Assembly (NCBI RefSeq): GCF_001194135.2
Contig: NC_068983.1
Coordinates: 134,558,005-134,622,004, forward strand
Direction of reading: 5' to 3'
DNA from: Octopus bimaculoides
Taxonomy: Eukaryota
DNA length: 64,000 nucleotides
In this document: piece after piece, positions 28,850 to 39,992 of the stretch
How positions within the stretch are numbered: the stretch's first letter is position 1
How the letters are laid out: each line of letters opens with the position of its first letter
Notes under the pieces: generated by a model
The model's database searches: none
The model's input: the letters and a program-made list of their open reading frames with translations, nothing else
Told to the model about the DNA's origin: nothing
Program-made: the position numbers and the translations under genes

Positions 28850-30575
28850 TTATCATTATTATTATTATTATATGAAAACTCACAGCTTATTTTGCTGGGT
28901 ATGATGGAAAGTGTCAGCTGTCCACAGCCAGCAGACTAAGGTGGCACTTGTTTACTGGTCATGCTTCAAGAAGCCTACGAAGAATTCTTGCAGTTCCAAG
29001 CAATGCTGATTTTTGTAGGTGTTCTACCTTCACACTTGCACCGATCTTTTTCAGCCATGTTGGTTGTTGAGTGCTGATACTTCCAAGTCTGCTCTCTTCA
29101 TTGACCACAACCTTCGTATTTCCCACTTTAAATCGTCGTAGTTGCTTATTTTTTCTTCTTCTTTCACATTGATCCTGTTGTCACCAGGGCATGTTATATC
29201 GATTTTCATACATGTTCTTTCTTTTTTATTCACCACAACAGTGTCTGGTTTCCGATGTCTGGTCAGGGGATTGCACTGGATCATTACATCCCACAAGATT
29301 TTGCAGTTCTCATTTTTGTTGACTCCTTCTGGGATTTGCTCATACCATATCTTTGTTCTTTGTTCTTGTAGTCTGTGATTTCCACAGAGCTTCCAGTGGA
29401 TCATTTTTCCACATTGTCGTGGTGTTGTTTGTACTCGCGTTGTGCCCCTCTCACCATACATTCTGTATTTGTCGCTATCTGTAGTGTTGTCAATTCTGCT
29501 CTTCATATAATTGGTCCTTAACATTTGTTCCTGATCTGTGCATATGAGTGCTTCTGTCTCTATCTTCAGGTCACTCCTCGTCCATAGCCACCAGTCGTCT
29601 GTATCTGTCTTGGCATTCACATCTCTTGCAAACTGACCATACATTTTTTCCTTCCATGCTTTTTTCTTTTTTTGTTGTTGTTTATTTCTTGTTTAAATTT
29701 TTCTTTAGTTACACAATTTTCAGTTTTGATGATGCAAGCCTTCTTTGTGTGTTTCAACTGTGGTTCCATGTTTTCCTCTACTTCAATACAGTCCTGGCAA
29801 CTGATCAAACCTCTCCCACCCTTTCTTCTGGACAAGTAGAGCCTATCAGTGTTACTCTTAGGGTGGAAGGCTCCATGTACTGTCAATATTTTTCTGTTCT
29901 TGCTATCCATTTTCTTCATTTCTCTCTTTTGCCATTTTATAATTCCTGCTCCATACCAAAGTGATGCTATTGCCCACATATTGACTGCTTGAATTTTATT
30001 CCATCCAGTCAATTTTGAGAGTGACACCAACCGCAGTCTTTGGAAATACTTCATCTTCAGTTGCTCTTTCATTTCCTTTTCCATTATCTCGTTGAACTCT
30101 AGTACACCAAGGTATTTGTATCCTTCTTTTTCAATTTGTTTAATCAGGTCTCTTTTCAGTAATTCTATCCCTGCTAGAAACTCTACCATGCCTCTTTTTA
30201 TGTAAATTATTCTGCACTTCTTGAGTTCAAATCCCATTCTAATATCAGTACTAAATCAATGGACCGTGTTCACCAAGGAACTCACTTGTGTCTCATCTTT
30301 GCCATACAGTTTCAAATCATCCAAGAAGTGGAGGTGGTTGATTGTTTGGATTTTCCTTTAGTTGGTACCCCAGATTAATTTTCCTGAGTACCAAGGTCAG
30401 GGGTATCATGCAGAGAACAAAAAGCAACAGAGATAGGCTGTCACCCTGGGAAATCCCTCTTCTGATACCCAGGGTGCCCAAGCTTTTTCTGTAAGATACT
30501 TCTCTGCCATCCATGATTCTCTTACAGTTTTGAGGACTGGGTTGGTATGACTATCATGCATCTCCCCAGGACATT
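28850..30575 (-). mobile_element. Decayed R4/Dong-clade (RLE-type) non-LTR retrotransposon, 5'-truncated, (TAA)n tail
   Basis: GISQGDSLSLLLF, YKYLGV, FHPKSNTDRLYLSRRKGGRGL, ILWD..RKPDTVVV..IDITCP (PD-D endonuclease), LQKSALLGTARILRRLLEA* (stop 28959-28961) and a TAA-repeat tail at ~28850-28870. Confidence 0.9.
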
Positions 30576-31477
30576 GAATTGAAATAAGAAACAAACCTAA
30601 AGCATGAATTTAATGTGACCAAAATAATTTTAAATACAATACACCAAAAAGGAATGATATTGAGTAATGTTAGAGTTTTTAATTCAAGTTATTAGTAATG
30701 TACAAAGTTTGCAAAGTGAAATTGATAATTGCTTTCAAGAATAATCTAATGTTTTCAGTAGGACTCTTCAGAGAACATAATTTACCACATTAGGTGTTTC
30801 AAAGTATTTATACCTGCTTTCCTGTCTCTTGCACCTGAAAATTAAAATTCATATTTAATGCAAGAATGAAATGAAGACAGGCACTTGCTCCTGTGTATAT
30901 ATATTTGTGTGTGACCTTTATTTTTAACCAAGGTTTACAGATATATATATTGGTAATCAAAATCCAACATTATCCATTTAGTCAAATCATGCATTTTAAC
31001 ATATTTAATAATGATTAGATATACATTGGCTGGTTGAAGTTATCTGGTAGAGTTGATTTTGTTTTGTATAGTGTGTGTGTGTGTGTGTGTTTGAACTGAG
31101 ATTTAAAAAAAAATCCAACAAATTATTATTCAAAGATGTGGTAAATATGTACATTTTTTTCTTATTGAGGTACACACAAACACATTTGAAATTTTTATCC
31201 TATTAAATACTGGTGAGATATTAAAAATACCAAAAATTGGTGTTTGTATGTACGACTAGTCACTTTATACCCTCCCCCAGAACTTTTTCAAGTATCATAA
31301 TAATCATCTTTAGAAAGAGTTTTAAAATAAATCATAAATAAATTTGACATAAATATGTTTAAATTGTGCAAGTATTGCTAATGAAAGATCCAAATTATTT
31401 TCCTTGGCACTTTCTTGATGAGATCAAGGACAAATGTGCTTAGAAAAATAAATTTGAATTAATATTGATTTTAAATT

Positions 31478-31765
31478 TTGGCACAAGGCCAGCAAGTTCG
31501 GGGGAGGGGATAAATTGATTACATCAACCCCAGTGTTCAACTGGTACTTATTTTATTCTTTTCTACTCTAGGCACAAGGCCCAAAATTTTTGGGGAAGGG
31601 GGCCAGTCGATTAGATTGATCTCAGTACACAATTGGTACTTATTTTATTGATGCTGAAAGGATGAAAGGCAAAGTCAACCTTGGTGGCATTTGAACCTAG
31701 AAATGAACAAAATGCTGCTAGGCATTTTGCCTGGCATGCTAACAGTTCTACCAGCTTGCCGCCTT
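31478..31765 (-). mobile_element. tRNA-derived SINE, second family (with partial internal duplication)
   Basis: Reverse strand reads ...GGTTCAAATG(B-box-like)...GACTTTGCCTTTCATCCTTTC...AAAATAAGTACC. The same tail family occurs at ~63340-63420. Confidence 0.7.
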
Positions 31766-34392
31766 AAAAATTGGAATTAATATTAGTTAAAGGAAGTTGT
31801 AAAAAACAAACATCTACTATATATATACTGGATAAATGTTTGTAAGGAGTGAAATGAGTTTATAAGTCTGGTAATTGGCTGGGAGTCTGTAATGTTATAT
31901 AAAAGAATCCTCTTCATTTTTTTTGGTCAAGAAACCAAGCTATTGCAGGCCCCCAGAAGAATCAGCACCCACTCCTCATATCTAGGTACTCTCAAGTCCT
32001 ATAGAGTAACTGATCTGCCAGACAACTAAAAAAAGAGTGCCTGCAGCAGATGTTAAATCACAACCCATTGGTTGTTTATTGTTTACAATATTCACTAGTT
32101 TAATTTGTGTCTGTCTTAGATTACTTTTGACAAGGTACATAGTCTTTGTATTTTAGTTGACAAGTAATTGTGAGTTAGTGGCATTCATACCTTTCTTGAG
32201 TAACATACATAACTTCACTGATTACAACCATGTAGTTTTATCTTACTGAGCACTTACTTCCATAATACTCACTATTTGCCTTTTATATTAAAATAAAATC
32301 TAGTTGCAAAGAAATAACAAAGTAAACATGTTTCTCTTCCCACTCTTAACATTCCAAGGCTAAAAAGGAAATATTAAGTCATTGCTATATTAACTTAGTG
32401 TATTTATAACAGAGACATATTACTATGCTGTATTGGATTTATGTTTTATAAAAAATAAAACAAACGAAAAAGATTGCTTTAAAATTTTGTTTTGCCCAGA
32501 GCAAGTCAGATAAAGCATATTGACACTCAGACCTTGCATTTTTGCTTCTTTATTTTATAAGTGGCATGATGATGTTCCTATGAACTGGTTTAACCTTAGG
32601 ACTAAATAGATGTATATGTTTTATATATTATATAAGACTCACTCCTAAAAAGACTGGTTTTATTACCACCTCCATAGAATTCTTTAAAAAAGGAAGGCAG
32701 ACTGGTCTTGTAAGAGTCAATGCTAATTATAAAACATATTTTCTTTTATGCGTTGAATATTTTGCCTTGTATTTTGGTGTTTTCCAAGTTTTTGTTTTCT
32801 ATTAGAAACATATAATACCAAAAACCATCAAAACTTGGTTTGTATAGAAATTAAGAAGAAAAGGTGGAAAACAACAATAAACAAAAAAGTTTCAAAAAGC
32901 CAATATTTAGAGTAGGGGCTTTTCTTTTACGTTCTTATGGTTATGAGATAATGGGTAGAGTACGTCATATAGACTAGGGGGAATAACTTTGCCTGTTTAA
33001 TTTCTTAGTAAAAATGTATATACATTTTAATTCTATAATTAATCTTAATTTTAAAATATTTATTAAGCATGGCTTAAAACCAGTCTATATTTGAATTTTT
33101 ATCATACAAACAATACGGATTATCCTGAATCTCATCTATTCTACAAACATACAATGCAATAACTTAGTGGAATTTAGACTTCATATAATTTAAAATATTA
33201 AAAAAAAAGATGATTATTAAAGAAGTATATATGTGTGTGTGTGTGTGTGTATGTATGTAAATACATTCTTTGTTGAGACATATCAGAATGACTTGTCTTA
33301 TAGATGGTGCTGTATAAAAATTATCAATATTAAGAAAAAATTGATTTTTTTTGTAATTTAAGATATGTCAATATATAACAAATGTTTTAAATAACTGCAG
33401 AAAATAATACTTGCTTAATTGTTTATATCAAATTTCCATAAATTATTCATTATACAATATTTAAAGAGGAAATGCTATACATGTATCCAGGTACTGAATA
33501 TATCTGTATGATTTCAACACCCATCACATCTTGGAATGGAGTATATTGGCTAAAGAAAAGACATTGGTAACAGAATGTTCTGTGACTTATGTATGGATAA
33601 AACAATAGAGATTCTATTTGCAAAAAGACCCACTGATAAATAAGAGCTTGCAAATCAGTGCATGTAACGATAAAATATATTGAACATATATGTATTATCA
33701 GCCAATTTTGTACCCTGGTGACACAGGCATATGAACTTGAAATTTTCTAGATTCATAACTTGATTACTTTAAGATAATTATTATTATTTTGTTGATTACT
33801 TTCATCAGATATTAGCTTGTCAGTAACAATCATAAAAAAACTGAACTTGGCTTAATAACAAACATATAACTTGATTGGTTATTTGTAACTGTTTTAAAGA
33901 CATAATTATTTTTTTAAGATTACATCTAAATAATAATGGAAATTATACATTTTTTCACAAGGGTTGTTTTACATTATAATTATTTAAAGTTAGGTAATAA
34001 GTTAAGAATTACATTATGGAATACTTAGATTGTAAAACATTTCTGCATATAATTGCATAAACAATAGGTTTGGTTTATTTATATTATATAGCGAGTTATA
34101 CTATAAATTGAGGTTTGAGAGGGAATATGACTGCTAGGAATTTGATCCTACCCACATATACTATATAACAATGTGTAACAAAATGTTTATTTTATTTATT
34201 TTTGTCTTTGGTTAGTAAGTGTTATTTCCTATTTGCTTCTATCTACAAATCAAAGGAAATGACTACTATTCCCTTGAAATTTTGCCTTTGTGACCTGGAC
34301 ATCAATGTCTTGAAACTGACCTATTTTCCATTACATTTCAGACAGTTTCAGCACCAAGATGCTGAAGCAGAAATATTATAGAAAATTTTGTG

Positions 34393-34525
34393 CTTAATAC
34401 CACAGATTTGCTTGATCTCAACCACTTGAGCCTGTCTCTTAGTGGCTGACAATATGGGCATCTCTGATGATGAGCAGGGGTAGTATCATAGCCATGTGCT
34501 GAGGGGGATTCTTTGGGGTTTGAAA
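34393..34525 (+). repeat. Fragment of an interspersed repeat homologous to the 5' part of 62905-63340
   Basis: Shared TTGAGC.TGTC.CT.AGTGGCTGA.AT.TG.GCATCTCT...AGCCATGTG. Confidence 0.6.
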
Positions 34526-35111
34526 AATGAAACAAAAGCAAAATTTGAAGGAAATATTAATCATTTTTCATACTTTCTAGGGATAAGCAAATAGCAAATA
34601 ACAGTTGCTACCCAAGGATAAAATTCCTGTTACATAATGTAATAAAAGTTATTTCTCTACTACCATTATAACAGGAAAGGTTCACTATAATAGTAAATAT
34701 CACCTTACCTTTGCTTAGGAAAAATAGCTTCATTGTAGTTTTTAATAGGATGCACTGCAAAAAATATCACTATTAATTTGTGAATGCTTTTTTTTTATGT
34801 TAGGTTGTAAACACTAATGACAACTAAATAGAACCAAGAGAAATTTATTTAAAAATGCTATTGTTTCTATTTTTATGCATTTATTTATTCATCTTCATAA
34901 GATTAAATGTGTTCAATTATGTCTTTGTTGCATAGTTAAGGTTGTTGAAAGCATAACACTCAAACTTGTTAAAAGTATAACACCACTTGAATACATGAAT
35001 ATTCTAACAAATAGAATAATGTAGATTGTTATTAAATTAGATGTATAAGACAGTTCTGAAGACAATTAATTTTTGTAGTCATGGAAATGGATATTTCCTA
35101 TAAAACTTGTT

Positions 35112-35474
35112 GCTGTGTGGTAAGTAGCTTGCTTACCAACCACATGGTTCTGGGTTCAGTCTCACTGCGTGGCACCTTAGGCAAGTGTCTTCTACTATAG
35201 CCTTGGGCTGACCAAAGCCTTGTGAGTGGATTTGGTAGATGGAAAGAAGCCTGTCATATATATGTATATATATATGTGTGTGTCTGTGTTTGTCCCCCCA
35301 ACATCGCTTGACAACCGATACTGGTGTGTTTACATCCTCGTAATTTAGCGGTTCGGCAAAAGAGACTGATAGAATAAGTACTAGGTTTACAAAGAATAAG
35401 TCCTGGGGTTTATTTGCTCGACTAAAGGCGGTGCTCCAGCATGGCTGCAGTCAAATGACTGAAACAAGTAAAAA
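35112..35474 (+). mobile_element. tRNA-derived SINE, near full-length
   Basis: A-box-like TGGTAAGTAG (35118), B-box-like GGTTCAGTC (35153), internal TA/TG tract, and 3' end ATGACTGAAACAAGTAAAAAA. Confidence 0.82.
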
Positions 35475-36684
35475 AGCATAAGGTGAATATATATATATAT
35501 ATATATATATATTATGATTTTGAGACTGGTTTATTTTTGTAATAATTTTTTTTCTCTTTTAGATATTTTTATAATGAGGAATTACCAAGAATTTACTGTA
35601 TAAATACTAAATATCCTATATAGTCACACTTTCAATAGTTTTTTTTTTTAGAACATATATATGTAGGTATGCAATTTTTTCTAGAAGTTTTATAAATTTA
35701 GAATATTTTATAAGGACACCTCTTATGAAAATAAGTTGCTCAACATGTTAGCTAAAATGTATTTACATACACTTTCTGAAAAATAAGCACTATTCTTCTC
35801 AATTGCATTTGCTATTTATTGGCTATAAATAATTATTATTATTCAAGATACTGGTTTGGTATATTTTCGATTATTTATAATCTAGGCTTGATGTCACTTG
35901 ATTTCGCTTTAGCCTATAAATATTTATTTTTAGCCAATTCAAAGAATTTATTTGCTTTGCAGTAATATTTTATTTCTGATATAAAAACCATAAATCACAT
36001 GACATAATTTCCTTATGAAGAACAACATAGGAGCAACGCTTATTAATTCACTTGTTGAAATATTTTTTTAAAAAATTTGTTTTGGCTATTTTCTGTTAAT
36101 TTGAAAATGTGTAAATAAAGCAATTAACATTTGGCTTTGATAGCATTGTGCTCCATGAGGAGAATTCAAGCGAGAATTTGAAATGTTTGATTTATTTGTA
36201 GAGCTAATAAAAATAAAATCTATATTACAATATTATTAAGTACTTTATAGAACAGTGGTTGTTTTAGTTATATAACAAATATTTCTATGTATATACATTT
36301 AATTAGTATGTATAAGTTTTCATTTATAAGAGTAATATTGTGATGTTCAGGCTTAAACAATGAAGTTGACTACAACCAGGAATTAAAACTTATTTACTGA
36401 CTCATGAAGAGATTCTCTTTATCATTTTTTATCCCCCAAAATGGCAAAATATATAAAATTTAAAGAAATGAAGCAGTGATATATCAGTTTTAGATTACCT
36501 TAAGCACCAGTCTTTTGCATTTACCTAAATACGAGTCATTATCTAATTAAAAACTAATCTTGGTGACTATCTTGACAAAGGAGCTACAATTTGACAATGG
36601 TTTCCCTGTTACATTCTTCACACCTAGGAAGACTTGAACTCAGTGCTGCAAGTTAAAAACCATTCATAGTGCTTCTGCTGCATA

Positions 36685-37076
36685 CAGCAATGAGATGTAG
36701 CTATACAGCATACACACACCTAGGGGAACAAGATCAGCAAAAGTTAACTGTTTAAAGCATGCACAGTTGGTTTGATGCAATAAAAAAAAAAAATCATTGG
36801 CTCCACAGGCTGACCTTACTTACTATCAACTTTTAAGTCCTGAATTTACCTCTAAGATTCTTAATTGTCCCTTTCTTATGATCCAATCAACATGTAGCAG
36901 AGATGGAAGAATATCAAGAAGAGGCAATATTTTAGAAACTTGACTAAACACAATTAGAATAGATTTTTCACCATCACAGTTTCTTATGTTAACCACCACC
37001 GAGAAATGTTTTGTATAAGAGCAAAACAAATGATTTCAAATATAAATTTATGGTACAAGGCTACATCTCATTGCTG
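36685..37076. mobile_element. Candidate TA-flanked MITE (392 bp)
   Basis: TA-CAGCAATGAGATGTAGC...GCTACATCTCATTGCTG-TA. Confidence 0.55.
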
Positions 37077-37194
37077 TATTTATGAGGTGATTTAATTCAG
37101 AACACAGAGATAAATGTAAATGTTTCACCCAATTCTCCCACATCATATCTTGCAAATAAATTAGGGGAAGAGTGACACAATGACAGATGACAAG

Positions 37195-37348
37195 TGGTGT
37201 TAGGAAGGGCATCCAGCTGTAGAAACTCTGCCAAATCAGATTGGAGCCTGGTGTAGCCATCTGGTTCACCAGTCCTCAGTCAAATCGTCCAACCCATGCT
37301 AGCATGGAAAGCGGACGTTAAACTATGATGATGATGATGATGATGATG
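37195..37348 (+). mobile_element. Young ~150-bp RTE 3'-end copy with (GAT)n tail
   Basis: Near-identical to 9097-9252. Confidence 0.8.
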
Positions 37349-39084
37349 CTAAAAATTCCATGATTGCTTCTCCAACATTAATGAAGGCTATGGTTTGAAA
37401 ATTGAACAGGAATCAAAGATCCTGGAGTTCTGTGATGCAAATAATTTAACAATTTACAACACAGACAAATCTGTGGATGATGTAATGTTCCAGACAGGCA
37501 TTTTGTGGAATAGTACTGTAGACAATGATAAAAGCTAAGAGATAGATTTGGAAAGACTTGAAGAAAATGGGGCAGTGAAGAAGAAAATGGAATAGCTTGA
37601 AGGCAAGTTAAACATCAAGTATGTTCAGTCAGGAAAGAAGCTGTGAGCTATTAGCACATGATCTGCAATGTAAGAGATCAGAGATATAGGCTGCTCCAGA
37701 CAGCAAGGTTGTGTGAGAAAATTGTATATAGAATAATAGTGCCCTACTTGCCCTCACTAAAGCCAAAAAGAAACATTCATAAAAAGGCTATTATGAATGA
37801 GTAGAATGCATGGGGGAAGGGCATGTCTCAAATAAACCCAACAGAGACACCAGGTGTTCATGCTTACATCAGTAGTCAAAAGTGCAATTAATACTGGTGG
37901 TAGGGAAGGAGGAAGACCATCAGGAGTACTTAATGAAGTAATCAGGCTTGAGAGAAAGGTGTTGCACCAATGAGTGGCATAGCAGAGCAAGGAAATACTT
38001 TAGAAGAAAAAAGAAACTACTTCTGAGGCATCAGATTGATAGAGTAGGTTATGAAAATTACTGATTTGGGTGAGAATTATCTTAATTGCAATGCAGTTTG
38101 GGTTTATGCCAACAGTACTACTACCAATGACCTCTTCCAAGTGAAACAGCTACTGAAGTACATAGTTATGAGTATGCAACCTGAAGGCTTTTGTCTGGTA
38201 GTCAAACATGGGTTATGAATGTAGGGAATTTGCAAAGGCTGGAAAAAAAATAAGGCAAGCATGCTCCACTGGATGGAGAATGTTAGAGCATGTAGAGTAC
38301 TGGAAGTGAATGGAATCTATGGAAGGAGGCCAGGGAAGATATTAGATAAGGAGCAAAAATTGCTCTCAAGAAAGTGAACTACATGAAAATGATGACCAAA
38401 GATGGCAACTTGTGGTGAAGCACTGTGATAGAGAACTATGTAACCATGGAAAAATGGATTTAAAAATGGTGAAGAAGACTGGTACATATAATATATACAT
38501 TTGATGCTCTCTTTACTATTGCTTATATTAAGTCTCCATTATTTGCAACTATCCCTATTACTACTCTTGTATTTACTTGTGTATGAGATGGCATCATATT
38601 GGATTCATTTACTAGCTGTTGCTTTTTTTCCTATCATTCTTCATTCCAACTCTCGTTATCACCTGTCTTTATTATTGTCCATCACTCATTCATTATGGAT
38701 ATTACTGTCTTCTATCTTCCCCATCACAAGGCTCGTTTGTAGTGAATCCTCTTGATCAATAATCCTATGTAGCCATCTACCACTCTCTCTCTCTCTCTCT
38801 CCTGTTGTCTGCCACAGATAAAACAGGTCTCTGATGCTAGAGAACAGAGACTACAGGGCATAGAGGGGATTATTTAGTCTTGCAAAAATAAAGTAACCTC
38901 TTCAGTGCTAGTGTTACAATAATGTGACCCTAGTACACTTTGTAATGGTGTTTGGAAGGGCTTATATCTGCAGAAACCATGTCAAAATTACAGTGTATGA
39001 GTAGGACATGGTCCCTGATGACTTGTCCAATCCCATGCCGGTATGGGAGAGCATACATAAAATAATGAAGAAACTATATATATA

Positions 39085-39558
39085 TCATCATCGTTTAACG
39101 TCCGCTTTCCATGCTAGCATGGGTTGGACGATTTGACCGAGGACTGGTGAACCAGGTCGCTACACCAGGCTCCAATCTGATTTGGCAGAGTTTCTACAGC
39201 TGGATGCCCTTACTAACGCCAACCACTCAGAGAGTGTAGTGGGTGCTTTTACGTGCAACCGGCATGAAGGCCAATCAGGCAGTACTGGTAATGGCCACAC
39301 TTGAAATGGTTTATTTTATGTGCCACCTGCACAGGAGCCAGTCCAGTGGCACTGGTAACGATCTCGCTCGAATGTCTTTTCATGTGCCAGGAAGGCAACG
39401 TTGGTAACGATCACACTCAAATGGTGCTATTTACATGCCACCGGCACAGAAGCCAGACAGCTGCTCTGGCAACGATCACGCTCGGACGGTGCTTTTAGTG
39501 CTTCACTGGTACAGGTGCCATCACGATTTCGTTTTTGCTTGCCCCAACAGGTCTTCGC
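39085..39558 (-). mobile_element. RTE 3' UTR copy with repeat array and (GAT)n tail
   Basis: Reverse-complement homolog of 7830-8340. Confidence 0.82.
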
Positions 39559-39560
39559 AT

Positions 39561-39668
39561 TCCATAATGGTTACTCCTAAAGAGCACAAGGTTACATAAT
39601 CAGACTGTTACTTAACACTCTGTTGAACCCTTAGCGTGAAACCAATTGGTAAGATCAGCTGTAATGGA
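39561..39668 (+). ncRNA. Hammerhead motif copy 3 with degenerate core (CTAAAGA in place of CTGAAGA)
   Basis: TCCATAATGG...CTAAAGA-GCACAAGG...CCTTAGCGT-GAAA-CCAATTG-GTA-AGAT-CAG-CTGTAATGGA. Confidence 0.6.
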
Positions 39669-39709
39669 TATATAATACTGTACTCTTCAAGTAATATATA
39701 AATTTACAG

Positions 39710-39992
39710 TGAAGGTGCATGGCTTAATGGTTAGGGTATTTGGCTAAGGATTGTAAGATCACGAGTTCAATTCTTGGCAGCACATTAAGTCCTTGAACAA
39801 GATGTTTTATTTTATGTTGCTCCAGTTCACTCAGCTGGCAAAAATGAATTGTACCTGTATTTCAAAGAACCAGCCTTGTCACATTCTGTGTCACAATGAA
39901 TATCACAGAGAACTATGTAGAGTGCTCAGCCATTTGCATGTTAATTTCAAGACCAGGCTATTCTGTTGATCAGATCAACTGGAACCCTTATC
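39710..39992 (+). mobile_element. tRNA-derived SINE, third family
   Basis: A-box-like TGGCTTAATGG, B-box-like GAGTTCAATTC, and a CCAGTTCACTCAGCTG central domain. Confidence 0.7.

Noticed and set aside
34455-34530. CTGATGA motifs at 34463, 39015, 49297, 60731 and 62953 as hammerhead cores
   Set aside because: No stem II, GAAA or stem I pairing in the required arrangement.
35112-35185. tRNA gene (also 39710-39780, 47040-47095)
   Set aside because: A- and B-box-like motifs belong to SINE heads; no cloverleaf is supported.
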